DNA from: an uncultured delta proteobacterium
GTDB taxonomy: Bacteria; Myxococcota_A; Polyangia; Fen-1088
DNA length: 64,000 nucleotides
Assembly: GCA_963767925.1 (NCBI GenBank)
Contig: CAVYGB010000006.1
Span: forward strand, 352,001-416,000
Direction: 5' to 3'
Below are positions 31,012 through 43,800 of the stretch, piece after piece. The number at the start of each line of letters is the position of its first letter. The stretch's first letter is position 1. The notes beneath the pieces were generated by a model. That model did no database searches and was not told the DNA's origin. It saw only the letters and a list, made by a program, of their open reading frames with translations. A program made the position numbers and the translations under genes.

Positions 31012-31800
31012 TCAGCGCTCGAAGAACGAGGCTTGCTGGAAGCGCAGGCCGGCGAGGATCTGCTCGACCCTCGTGGCGGAGAGGGAGCCGATCCGTTCGC
31101 CCAGGCGGGTCTTCTCGACCGAGTCGATCTGCGACACCACCACCACGCTCTGGCGGGGCAGGTTCCCCTCGCCCACCTCGAGCAGGACGTTGCCCGGCTC
31201 GGTCGCTCGCTGCAGGTTCGTCGTCAGGGCGCACACCACCACCGTCGGGATGCGGGCGTGGTTGAAGACGTCGTCCTGGACCACCACGTGGGGGTGGGCG
31301 GGGCCGGCGGGCGACCCTCCCGTCTCCACCGGAGGGATCCAGTACAGGTCCCCGCGGTCGATCCGCGCGGCAGCAAGCGCAACCAGCGCGACCGGGCCCG
31401 CCGGCAGGGGCCGGAGGGGCGCGGGCGGATCGCCCCCGGTCAGCAACGAGGCGAGCAGGTCGGCCTGCAGCCGCAGCCGGGCGGCCTCCTCGGCCTTGCC
31501 GAGCGCCGTGTAGGTCGCCGCCGCCGCCAGCCGCGCCTCCAGCTCACCCTCGACGATGGTGGTGACCGCCGCCGGGCTCAGCACCCGGCGGGGGACCTCC
31601 CCTGCCCCCAGGCCCACCACGCCACCGGCGATGCGCCCCGACTGCCCCGCTGGCGGCGCCGCGCTGACCTCGACCGCCTCGGCGTTGTCGATCGCGGCCA
31701 GCGTCTCGCGCATCACCGCCACCACGGCCGCGTCCTGGCCCAGGAGCGCCTGGCGCAGCGCCGCCCGCAAGACGCCCTTCCACGCCTCGACGCCTCTCAC
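31012..31800 (-). CDS. Fusion of a GatB/YqeY-like helical domain with a PemK/MazF toxin domain
   Basis: N-part: LRAALRQAL..RETLAAIDNAEAV..GLGAGEVPRRVLS. C-part: IDRGDLYWI..HPHVVVQDDVFN..TVVVCALTTNL..SVVVVSQIDSVEKTRLGERIGSL. One open frame; GTG start at 31800 assumed. Confidence 0.75.
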   Translation of the reverse strand: MRGVEAWKGVLRAALRQALLGQDAAVVAVMRETLAAIDNAEAVEVSAAPPAGQSGRIAGGVVGLGAGEVPRRVLSPAAVTTIVEGELEARLAAAATYTALGKAEEAARLRLQADLLASLLTGGDPPAPLRPLPAGPVALVALAAARIDRGDLYWIPPVETGGSPAGPAHPHVVVQDDVFNHARIPTVVVCALTTNLQRATEPGNVLLEVGEGNLPRQSVVVVSQIDSVEKTRLGERIGSLSATRVEQILAGLRFQQASFFER

Positions 31801-31847
31801 ACTGTCACCGCCGCGGCCTGGCCTGCTCGGGAAACCGCGGTTGCGCC

Positions 31848-34131
<2,284 letters not shown>

Positions 34132-34133
34132 CG

Positions 34134-34195
34134 ATGAAGCGCAGCCACCCGTTCACGCTTCGGCGGCTGCGGCACGTGGTCGCTGTCGCGGAGGG
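34134..34195 (+). pseudogene. 5' relic of a LysR/OxyR-type regulator divergent from katG
   Basis: MKRSHPFTLRRLRHVVAVAE resembles the first LysR HTH helix; no SFxxAAxxLxxSQP motif follows. Confidence 0.6.
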
Positions 34196-34476
34196 GGGCT
34201 GGTGGGGAGACCTCGAGCGCGAGGCGTCCGAGCTTGGCGGCCAGGACGTGCTCGCCTCGACGAGCGGCCTGCTTCCGCGAGCAAGCCCTCGAGGTCTGCT
34301 CGACGGCGAGAGCGCGCGAGGGAGCATTCCGGGCGACCAGCTCGACGGCGCTCGTACCGATGGCTTCGACGAGGGCCCGGGGAAAGTCCAGCACCTCGGG
34401 CGCTATGCGGCGAAATCTCACCTCGCATGGGGCCTGATAACTCCGATCCAGGTCGCGGGATCGTAGAGTCAACGGG

Positions 34477-35916
34477 ATGGATGCCATGGATCGGATGAGA
34501 CCACTCCTGCTCGCCGCGCAGGTGGGCGCTCTGCTGACCTCGACGGCGATGGCCCAGGAGCCGGGAGGGAAGGAGAGGGAAGAGCGGGAGGCCGCGTCCG
34601 ACCGCGAGCTGTCTGCGCCCGCGCGGGTGGACGTGACCCCGGTCGCCCGGGACGAGGAGATCCGCCAGCGCCTGCAAAGCGTGCTCGAAGCGACGGACTG
34701 GTTCGTCGGCCCCCGGGTACGGGTCGAGCAAGGCGTGGTCTTCCTCGGTGGGCGGGTGGAGACCACAGAGCTCAAGAGGTGGGCCGGCGACCTGGCCGGC
34801 AACACCCAGGACGTCGTCGCCGTGGCCAACCAGATGCAGGTCATCGAGCCACCGACTTGGGACTTCCAGCCGGCGTGGAACGGGTTGCGCGGGCTGTGGC
34901 GCGACCTCATCCGCTCGCTCCCGCTCCTGGTCCTGGCGCTGCTCATCCTGCTGCTGTCGGGCGGGATCGGCTTGCTGGCCACCCGGGCGGCCCGGTCGCT
35001 TCTCCGGCGGCGGCTGCGGGCCAATCTGCTGCGCAACGTGATCGCTCGCGCCGCCGGCCTGCTGGTCGTGCTGGCCGGCGTCTACCTGGTTCTGAGAGTC
35101 TCCGGCCTGACTCAGCTGGCCTTGACGGTGGTGGGCGGTACCGGCCTGATCGGCCTGATCCTGGGCATCGCCTTCCGGGAGATCACCGAGAACTTCCTGT
35201 CGAGCATCTTTCTCAGCATGCAGCGGCCGTTCGAGACCGGCGACCTGGTCGAGGTGTCCGGGGTGACCGGGTACGTACAGCAGCTCAACATGCGCACGAC
35301 TGTCGTCATGACCCTGGAAGGTAACCTCGTGCAGATCCCCAACGCCACGGTGTACAAGAGCACCCTTCGCAACTTCACCACCAACTCGAACCGGCGCGAG
35401 GACTTCGTGGTGGGCATCGGCTACGAAAACTCCATCAACGAAGCGCAGGAGGTTGCCCGCCGGGTCCTGACCGACCACCCCGCAATCCTGAAAGAGCCCG
35501 CGGCCTCGGTGCTGGCCGACAGCTTGGGGCCGGCCACCATCAACCTGCGCGTGTACTTCTGGCTCAACGGCCGGGAGCACAGCTGGCTGAAGGTCCGCTC
35601 CTCGGTGATCCGCCTCGTCAAGCGGGCGTTCCAGAGACACGGCATCTCGATGCCGGACGACGCCCGCGAGGTCGTCTTCCCCGACGGGGTCCCGGTCAGA
35701 ATGATCGAAGGCGGCGTGAGAGCCGGGCCAGGGGAGCCCGAGCGACGGATCCCGGCCGATCTGTCGCGCGAGGATGTCGCCGCCGCCTCCACCCCGGCCG
35801 AAGAAGGTCTCTACAGCGAGGCAGGGACCATCGAGGAGCAGGCCCGCCAGGTGCAGCCGCTCAGGAACCAGGAAAACCTGCTCGACACCGCTGGCTCGAC
35901 CGATCGCCCTTCTTGA
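34477..35916 (+). CDS. BON-domain MscS-family mechanosensitive channel
   Basis: BON-like VRVEQGVVFLGG..VVAVANQM, TM helices, GIAFREITENFLS, RPFETGDLV, VQIPN. Confidence 0.9.
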   Translation: MDAMDRMRPLLLAAQVGALLTSTAMAQEPGGKEREEREAASDRELSAPARVDVTPVARDEEIRQRLQSVLEATDWFVGPRVRVEQGVVFLGGRVETTELKRWAGDLAGNTQDVVAVANQMQVIEPPTWDFQPAWNGLRGLWRDLIRSLPLLVLALLILLLSGGIGLLATRAARSLLRRRLRANLLRNVIARAAGLLVVLAGVYLVLRVSGLTQLALTVVGGTGLIGLILGIAFREITENFLSSIFLSMQRPFETGDLVEVSGVTGYVQQLNMRTTVVMTLEGNLVQIPNATVYKSTLRNFTTNSNRREDFVVGIGYENSINEAQEVARRVLTDHPAILKEPAASVLADSLGPATINLRVYFWLNGREHSWLKVRSSVIRLVKRAFQRHGISMPDDAREVVFPDGVPVRMIEGGVRAGPGEPERRIPADLSREDVAAASTPAEEGLYSEAGTIEEQARQVQPLRNQENLLDTAGSTDRPS

Positions 35917-36126
35917 AGAACGACCTCATGGCTTCCCGGGAGGAACGAGAACGCAAATTAAAGCGCCGGCGGGGGGCGCGCGGACACCTCGTAAGACCAG
36001 GACTTTGGCCGCTCACCGCCAAGTTCTTCCAGTGTCCGAATTTCGTCATCGGCGAAGAGGACGAAGGAGAGGAGAAGAAGAGGACGAAGAAGAGGACGAA
36101 TTTCCCTGGTACACCTTCGCGTGTAC

Positions 36127-38439
36127 TCATGCCTCGCTCCCACCCGTGACGGCCACCGGATGCTCACGCTCACCCTTGCGAGCAGCGCCCCGAGCGTCGG
36201 CGCGATCCTGGAGCATCCTGCGGAGCACGTCCGGGTCGGCCGGCTTGGTGAGGTGAAGGTCGAAGCCGGCCTCTTGCGTGCGCTTCTTGTCCTGAGCCTG
36301 GCCCCAGCCGGTCATCGCGACCAGCAGCACGTCCGAGCCGCGTTCGAGCCCGCGGATCTCCTTCGCGACCTGGTAACCGTCTAGCTTCGGCAGGCCGAGG
36401 TCCAGGAGCACCGCGTCCGGAAGCTCCCCGTGGACGAGCCGCACGGCCTCTTCGCCGTCGGACGCGGTCCGGACCTCATGGCCCAGCGCCTCCACCAACT
36501 CGGCGAGCATTTCCAATGCGTCGGCGTAGTCATCCACCACGAGCACCCGGAGGCCTGCGGAGGGCACGGCGGTTTCGCGTTCCCGCTGAGGTCGGGCGCT
36601 CGCTGGGAGCGCCTCGTCGGAGAGCGGCAGCTGAAGCGTGAAGACGCTCCCCTTTCCGAGGCCGTCGCTCGCGGCGGTGAGGGTTCCGCCGTGCAGCTCT
36701 GCCAGAGAGCGCGCCAAGGACAAACCAATGCCCAGCCCTCCAGGCGCGCGCGAGGTGGCCGACTCCACCTGCACGAACATCTCGAAGATGTGCTCCAGCT
36801 GAGCTGGCTCTATTCCGATTCCTTGGTCGAGGATGTGAATCTTCGCGAAGCCGTCTTTCTCCTCGAGCTCCGCCCGGATTTCGCCGCCGTCCCGGTTGTA
36901 CTTGCAGGCGTTGTGGAGAAGGTTCCCGATGATCTGCGCAACCCGCACGAGATCCCCCTGGACCACGAGAGGGCGGGCAGGTCGATGCAGGTTGAGCTTG
37001 ATCCGCCTGGCGTCGCACATTGGCCGCACGCTCTCGCTGGCTTGCTCCAGGACCCCGAACAGGTTCAGCCGCTCCCGTCGCAGCTCCAGCTTGCCGCGGG
37101 TAATGCGGCTCACGTCCAAGAGGTCGTCGATCAACCGCGTGAGGTGCGCTGCCTGCCGATCGATGACAGCGGCGGCAGACTCCACCTTCGCCCGTTCACC
37201 CTGGCTCATCTTGATGAGCGCGACCGCGGTCCGGATGGGCGCGAGCGGGTTGCGCAGCTCATGGGACAGCGTGGCGAGAAACTCGTCCTTCCGCCGCTCG
37301 CCCTCGCGCAACAGTTCCGTGAGCTCTTGGCTCCTGGCGAGCTCGCGGTTCGCTTGCTGGAACAGTCGGCCGTTCTCCAGCGCCACAGCCGCCTGCGCGG
37401 CGATCCCTACCGCAATGCGCTCTGCCCGCTCGTTGAAGACGCCCGGCTCCGGGTGGCCAAGGAACAGCCCGCCAAAGACCTCGCCCGTCCGCGACTTGAC
37501 CGGCACTGCGAGGTAGCTCACCACGGGCAGCTGCCCGGGAGGCAGGCCGTGATGTGGCGGCACCTGGCCGAAGCGCGGATCCTTCCTGACGTCGTCGAGC
37601 CGCAGGGGACCCGCGCCGCGGAAGGTGCGCTCGAACAGCGGCGTGTTCCTCAGCATGCCGGGTTTCGAGAAGGCCTCCCACGGCGCGCCGGACAGCGTGT
37701 ACAGGCTGTAGGCCTCCCCGGAATCGTCCACCACGTTGTGGAAGAACGCGCCGAAGTGCGCCTGGGTCAGGCGGGTGGCAGCGTCGGTCGTGCGCTGCAG
37801 GACCTCCTGGAGATTGAGCTCTCCGGCAAGCGCGGCGGCGACTTCGTAGAGGGCTTGCGCCTCGTCCCTCGCCGCTTCGGTCTGAAGTTGCAGCCCGACG
37901 TTGTGACACGCGGTGAGCGCCTGATTGGCCGCGACGTTGAGCAACGCGCGCTGCAGCGGCGACAATGAGTGTAGATCTTCGCCTGGAAAGCCGGCTGCGA
38001 GCACGCCGCCGCCCTGACGAGTCCCCAACGGATATACGCAGACCCGCGCCAACCGGCCGTGCGGCAGCGACCAGCTCAGAAACTCGTCCGGATCGTGGGC
38101 GCGCGCCCAGTCGCGGGCGGCCTCGCCCAGGCGCGCAGTCTCGTCGATGCCGGCGGCGCGCCCGCCAATGAACGCGCGCTCCACCGCCCGCGCCCCCGTA
38201 TCGGGCAGGGCGGGGATGCCGATGTACGAGACGACAGGCTGGACCGTGGTCTCGAGGACCGCTAGCAGGCTCTCTGCGATGCGATCCGGCTGCGCGCCTA
38301 TCCACATGGCCGGTAGCGTGGACAGGGCGATGATGTCGCGGATGAAGGCCTGCGCCTCGGCGAGGGACTGCGGGGCGCTGGCCGGCTCCACGAGCCGTGG
38401 CGTGTCCGCAATTTGACCGTCGCGCGCAGCAGGGGGCAT
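36127..38439 (-). CDS. Hybrid histidine kinase (GAF-HisKA-HATPase-REC)
   Basis: LSHELRNPL, NLLHNACKY, GGLGIGL; C-terminal receiver VVDD..LLDLGLP..TKP. Confidence 0.92.
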   Translation of the reverse strand: MPPAARDGQIADTPRLVEPASAPQSLAEAQAFIRDIIALSTLPAMWIGAQPDRIAESLLAVLETTVQPVVSYIGIPALPDTGARAVERAFIGGRAAGIDETARLGEAARDWARAHDPDEFLSWSLPHGRLARVCVYPLGTRQGGGVLAAGFPGEDLHSLSPLQRALLNVAANQALTACHNVGLQLQTEAARDEAQALYEVAAALAGELNLQEVLQRTTDAATRLTQAHFGAFFHNVVDDSGEAYSLYTLSGAPWEAFSKPGMLRNTPLFERTFRGAGPLRLDDVRKDPRFGQVPPHHGLPPGQLPVVSYLAVPVKSRTGEVFGGLFLGHPEPGVFNERAERIAVGIAAQAAVALENGRLFQQANRELARSQELTELLREGERRKDEFLATLSHELRNPLAPIRTAVALIKMSQGERAKVESAAAVIDRQAAHLTRLIDDLLDVSRITRGKLELRRERLNLFGVLEQASESVRPMCDARRIKLNLHRPARPLVVQGDLVRVAQIIGNLLHNACKYNRDGGEIRAELEEKDGFAKIHILDQGIGIEPAQLEHIFEMFVQVESATSRAPGGLGIGLSLARSLAELHGGTLTAASDGLGKGSVFTLQLPLSDEALPASARPQRERETAVPSAGLRVLVVDDYADALEMLAELVEALGHEVRTASDGEEAVRLVHGELPDAVLLDLGLPKLDGYQVAKEIRGLERGSDVLLVAMTGWGQAQDKKRTQEAGFDLHLTKPADPDVLRRMLQDRADARGAARKGEREHPVAVTGGSEA

Positions 38440-38450
38440 TCGCGCCCCGC

Positions 38451-39098
38451 TCAGACTGCCGCCCTGGCCGCGGGCCTCGACCGGCGGCTTAGCTCTTCGA
38501 GGAACTTCTCCGGGGGCACGTACAGCGGGTTCTCTTGGAGAACCCCTCCGACGATGACCATCGGGTGCGTGCGAAGAATGTCCATCACCACGCTCGCGCT
38601 GTGGCGATTGAGGTCATAAACGCAGACAACGGGATCCGAATACTCTTTGAGGACATCGTTCAGCTTGGCCTCGTACATGACGATGTCATTGACGCCCGGA
38701 AGGGCTTCGAGCGCCCACTCCATGTTGCCCATCGCGCGCACAATGGGGAAGCGCTCGCGCATGATGTCGAGCTCGCCCGCCAGGACCTTCGACATGCGGT
38801 CGCCGTCGAAGTAGCCGTCCTTCAGGTAGGCGTCCTCCCACGAGCAGACGGTGAGTTGCCCGCTCTTCTCGGCATCTTCGACATCGATGCCGGCGGAGCG
38901 GCAGTGCTCGACGTGCTCGGCTCTCCGCTGCTTGTCGACAATGTGGAAGAGGCGTTCACCGCGGTCATATCCCTCCTTGAAGAAGGGCATCATCACTTCG
39001 TTCTGCTCCTCGACGGAGCGGAAGAAGGCGCAGATGTGCCGGTGTTCCTTCAGCGTGCGGCCGCCGAGACGAATGGGTTTCTCACTCTTGATGGTCAT
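38451..39098 (-). CDS. Stand-alone MEDS (DcmR-sensory) domain protein
   Basis: HRHICAFF, PFFKEG, AYLKDGYFD, GNMEWAL, YEAKLN, VCVYD, ILRTHP. Confidence 0.88.
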   Translation of the reverse strand: MTIKSEKPIRLGGRTLKEHRHICAFFRSVEEQNEVMMPFFKEGYDRGERLFHIVDKQRRAEHVEHCRSAGIDVEDAEKSGQLTVCSWEDAYLKDGYFDGDRMSKVLAGELDIMRERFPIVRAMGNMEWALEALPGVNDIVMYEAKLNDVLKEYSDPVVCVYDLNRHSASVVMDILRTHPMVIVGGVLQENPLYVPPEKFLEELSRRSRPAARAAV

Positions 39099-39196
39099 CT
39101 ATTCCTCCGGATGTCGTTGTTTGTGATTCGCCACCGATGCACCCTGAACTTTTCCGCGCGGCAATGACGAGTCTTCGTGGACCTCCGCCCGTGAGG

Positions 39197-39571
39197 TCAT
39201 GGAGCGCTCCTTCGCGCGACGATCCTGAGGAGCGCCTTTAGGTCGACAGGTTTCTTCAGCCAGGCGAGCGCGCCGAGCTGATCTGCCGCGTTTCGCGCGT
39301 CGACGTGCGCCGAGAGAAGAACTATCGGGATGCGGGAGAGCGCGGGCTCCGTCTTCTGGGCCGCTCTGAACTGCCAACCGTCCATCACCGGCATCATGAG
39401 GTCGAGGAGGATGAGGCGCGGCGGCGCGGCCGATGCCCGAAGCTTGTCGAGAGCATCTTGACCATTCGCGGCGACCAGTACCCCATATCCATGGTCGTCG
39501 AGCGTCGCGGCAATCGCGTCGGAGATGTCGGCGTCGTCTTCGACGACCATGATGACTCCTGGTTCGCTCAT
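39197..39571 (-). CDS. Single-domain response regulator (CheY-like receiver)
   Basis: VVEDD, ILLDLMMPVMDG, LLSA, KKP. Confidence 0.93.
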   Translation of the reverse strand: MSEPGVIMVVEDDADISDAIAATLDDHGYGVLVAANGQDALDKLRASAAPPRLILLDLMMPVMDGWQFRAAQKTEPALSRIPIVLLSAHVDARNAADQLGALAWLKKPVDLKALLRIVARRSAP

Positions 39572-40845
39572 TCGAGCTCCGCAGGGCGAACTGGCAGGGT
39601 CACGGTGAACGCGCAGCCATGGCCAGGCTCGCTCTCGAATCGGATGGTCCCTCCATGGGCCTCGACGGCCTCACGGCAGAGATACAGCCCGAGACCGAGG
39701 CCACCGTAGTGGGAGATGGGACCAGCCCGCCCGAACCGCTCGAAGATTCTTCCGGCGCTCGTGGGATCGATGCCCGGCCCATGGTCACGAACCTCCAGCC
39801 GAGCACCACCGGCGGCCGCTCGGACCGAGACATCGATGGGCTTGCCCGCGCCGTACTTCAACGCGTTGGAGAGGAGGTTCGTGAGGACCTGCTCGACGCG
39901 GATTCGGTCCCATTCGCCCGAGACCGGACCTGCTGCAACGAGGCGCAGCTCGCACCCGGCGCGTGTGGCGGCCGTCGCGAATCGCTCGACGACCTCTCGG
40001 GTGGCCTCCGCGAGATCGAAAGACTCGAGGTTCAGGCGGATGTGACCGTGAGTGAGCCGAGAGGCATCGAGCAGTCCGTCTACGAGCGCCGCCAGTCGCC
40101 TGGCCGCCGTCCCGGATCGAGCAGCGCAGTCGGAGAACTTCGGGTGGCTGCGAGCAACGTCCTCTGTCTCGGTCAGCTCCTCGAGCCTTTGGAGTTGTAG
40201 CAACATCGCGGTGAGCGGCGTACGAAGCTCGTGGGCCGCCACGGAGATGAATTCGTCGCGGACGCGAACCGCGCCCTCGACCTCGCGAATCTTCGCCTGC
40301 AGCTCAACGTAGAGCTGCACGTTCTCCATCGCCACCGACGTGAGGTCCGCGAGCGCGCGCAAGAGTCTGACCTCGCCCTCCGTCGCGCGGTGGAGCGTGG
40401 CCCAGTAGTTGCCGATGGCTCCCACGGGCGCCGAGGTGCGGATGGGCACCATCGCGAGGCTCCTCACGAACGTGGGCCGGTACGCGTCCTGCGGGATTCT
40501 CGAATCGGCGTAGATGTCCTCGATGACCGCGGCCTCCCTGTTGAGCATGGCCCAACCGCTGATGCAGGCCGACATCGGGAATCGATGGCCCTTCCAGAGG
40601 GGACTGATCGCGTCCTCGTCCGCGTAGAAGCACAGATCGCCGTCTCGCAAGACGAAGGTCGCACCGTCGGCGCCGGTGAGCTCGCGCGCCGCGTGTCGGA
40701 CGATCGCCATGATGCCGTCGAGGTCACGAGTGGTCGATAGCGCCTGAGCAACCTCGACGAGCCGCTCGGTCGCTGAAAGCTGGGCGCGAACGGCCACGGG
40801 CGACCGCCCTTCCACCCCGGGTTGCTGACTGGCACGTTCGGTCAT
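39568..40845 (-). CDS. GAF-domain histidine kinase
   Basis: GAF (CISGWAMLN..YADSRIP), AAHELRTPL, NLLSNALKY, GGLGLGL. Confidence 0.93.
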   Translation of the reverse strand: MTERASQQPGVEGRSPVAVRAQLSATERLVEVAQALSTTRDLDGIMAIVRHAARELTGADGATFVLRDGDLCFYADEDAISPLWKGHRFPMSACISGWAMLNREAAVIEDIYADSRIPQDAYRPTFVRSLAMVPIRTSAPVGAIGNYWATLHRATEGEVRLLRALADLTSVAMENVQLYVELQAKIREVEGAVRVRDEFISVAAHELRTPLTAMLLQLQRLEELTETEDVARSHPKFSDCAARSGTAARRLAALVDGLLDASRLTHGHIRLNLESFDLAEATREVVERFATAATRAGCELRLVAAGPVSGEWDRIRVEQVLTNLLSNALKYGAGKPIDVSVRAAAGGARLEVRDHGPGIDPTSAGRIFERFGRAGPISHYGGLGLGLYLCREAVEAHGGTIRFESEPGHGCAFTVTLPVRPAELE

Positions 40846-43800
40846 GCGGTCCCCCCGGACGACTGCGCCTCGCGCTCGGCCTTTCGCGGCGCGCGGCGCG
40901 GGAGTCGAACGACGAAGCTGGTGCCGTCTGGCTCCGTCGATGCAACGTCGACCGAGCCGCCGTGACCGCGAACGACCTCGCGCACGATGAAGAGGCCAAG
41001 CCCAAGCCCCCGAGATTGATCTCGCCGATGACGGGTGCTGCGAAAAGGATCGAAGAGATACTGCAAGAGAGCCGCCGGGATGGCTCCTCGGTTCCGGACC
41101 AGGATGTCGACCCAGTCCCCACCTGTTCCATCAAGCTTGACCAGCACCGGCGAGCCAGCCACGCCGTGTTGGCAGGCGTTGGCCAGGAGATTGGAGAACA
41201 CTTGAAGCAGTCGGTCGGAGTCCCACGAGCCGCGTAGATCTCCGCTCGCCTCCCGCTGGATGCGCCACTCGGGATGGGCGAGCTCGAGCTCGCCGACGGC
41301 TTGACCGCACAGGTCGAGGAGATTGGTCTCGTGCGGTTCGATGGGGATCCCACCACCCGAACGGATTCGCGTGAAGTCCAGGAGCTGCTCGATCATGGTG
41401 GTCATTCGCTGCCCGCTGGCGACGATGCGGCTCAGGGGTTTCGTCTCTCGATCGCCGAGCGTCCTTTCGCCCTCCCGGCGCATGAGGACCAGCTGCGCCG
41501 CCGTCATCATCGCGCCGAGTGGGTTGCGCAGGTCATGGGCGAGGACGCCGGCGAAGAGCTCGTTGTAGCGGATGGTCTCTTCGAGCCTCGCCACCGCCGA
41601 GAAGCGGCTGATCACCGAAGCCAGGTGGTTGGCGATCGCCCTCGCCATGTCGAGCTCACTCTCGGCGAACGCGTGCGGGGCCAGGTAATACAGGGTGAAC
41701 TTTCCGAGGAGACGGTTACCGGAGACCAACGGAATGAAGGCCAGCGCCCCGATGTGTTCTCTTTGGAAGAGGGCCTGATAGGCGGCGAGCGCAGGGTCCC
41801 GATCGACATCAGGGACGAGCACGGGCTGAGGATTCTCGGCGTCGCGGGACCAGGGCGAGTGGCCCTCCATGGCGCGGCGACACGCGTCGGAGACCTCTCG
41901 CCAGGCACGGAAGCGCATGACGCCCTCGTCGTCGAACGTCAGCACCGCCGACCGGCCCACCCCGAGCGAACCCTCGACGGCCACGATGGCTGCCTCGAAG
42001 ACGTCCTCCAGGCGCTCTGCCGAGACGACGGCCTGGGCGAACCGATATAGCTCCTCCGCTCGCTTCCGTGCCGCAACGGACTCTTCGTACAGGCGGCTGT
42101 TCTCGATGGCGACCGCGGCCCGCTCCGCGAGCTCTTCGAGCAGCCGCAGGTCCTCCTGCGTATACGTCTCGCCTTCTCGACAGCGCGTCGCCATCGCCGT
42201 CCCGATGATTCGCCCCTGTACGCGAAGCGCTGCCCCCATCAGGGCGTAGGCCGGGTAGCGCTCGAGGAACGCGCGATAAGGTCCCGGCGCGCGGGACTCG
42301 AGGGACTCACGATCGATGACAGGAAGAAGAACGCTCTCCCCGGTTGCCGCGATCGAACCCGTGATTCCCTCGCCCTTCCTGAGGGGCGCGGAGGCAGCGA
42401 GCTGCTCCAGCGCGGCCTGAGCCTCTGCGTTCGGATGTTTCACCGCCGTCAGGCGAACGAGAGCATCCTGCTCGATGAGCGCGATGTTGATGCAGCTGTC
42501 GAGCGTTCGCGCGAGCTCGGAGGTGACCTTGCGTAGCCTCGAGCCGAGGGGGAGCTCTGACTCGCCGAACACCCGCGAAGCGCCACTCAGGACTCCGAGG
42601 CGTCCGGCGGCGGCGTCAGCATCCGCGCGACTTCGTCGCTCGGCGTCGAGCAGGCGCAGCCGTTCGATGGCCTGGGTCGCGTAGCGAGCGACGAGGAGCA
42701 GGAGCTCGCGCTCCTCCGCACTCTCCTCTTTTGCTTCTTCGATGGTCACGGCCAGCGTGCCGAGCACGCTGGCGTTGGCCACGAGCGGGAGACAGGCGAC
42801 GCGGTAGGAACGTCCCGGTGTCGCGACCGAAGCGAGGTGAGGGTATCGATCGAACAGGTCAGCCTGGGACGTGATCCAGACGGGCTGGGAGGACCGAATG
42901 CAGTCGAGCGCCGGCATGCTCGGCGACAGATCGAGCGGCAAGCTCTCGATCCGCAGCCTCGCCGTCTCCGAGTACCCACGGGACCTCACGAGCCGCGCCC
43001 GGCCGGCCGCTTGGTCGATGAGCCAGAGACCCGCCGAGGACGCGCCGACGGCATCCGCGACCCGATCGACGAGCGCGGCGAACACCTCTTCCGAGGACAC
43101 CGCACCCGCGATCGCCTCGGTTATCCGCAGCAGCCGCTCGGCGCGGGCTGCCGCCGCCGCTCGGAAGCGTTCGAAGATCTTCTTCTCGGTGACATCGGCG
43201 ACGAGCGCGACGAAGCCGGTGACGGCCCCTGCATTCCCTCGCTCCGGGATGTAGGCCGCCTCGATCCAGCGCGCCCCACCGTCGCGATGCGGGACCTCGG
43301 CCTCGAACCTCACCTGATCGCCAGCAAGGGCCCGGCGTGTGTAAGGCGCGATGGCTTGGTACGCATCGGAGCCAAGTACGGCCCGGAGGTTTCGGCCCAC
43401 GATCTTCGCCTTCGGATCGCCGAGCCATCGTTCGTAGGCCGCGTTGGCGAACTGGTAGCGCTCCTCGGCGTCGACGAAGGCGACCAGGACGGGCAACGCG
43501 TCGGTGATGACTTCGAGCTGCCGGTGACTCTCTCGGAGCGCGTCTTCGGCCCTCCTTCGTTCGGTGATGTCGCGCGTGAAGCAGCGCGTGTGGATGAAGC
43601 GGCCTTCCTCGACGTAGACGTTCGAGCTGATCAGGACGTGCCTGACGGACCCGTCCTTCGCGCGCAGGCGCGCTTCGTAGCTGTGGAGCGCCTCGCCGCG
43701 CGTGAGTCGAGCGAGGATATCGGCGATGACATCCGCGTCGGCGTGAAAGTCGGCGATCGGTCGGCCGACGTACTCGTGCTCGTCAAACCCGAGGAGCTCG

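Noticed and set aside
36050..36100. Purine-rich GAAGA/GGACGAA repeats as a functional element
   Set aside because: Short low-complexity tract between convergent genes with no further supporting structure.
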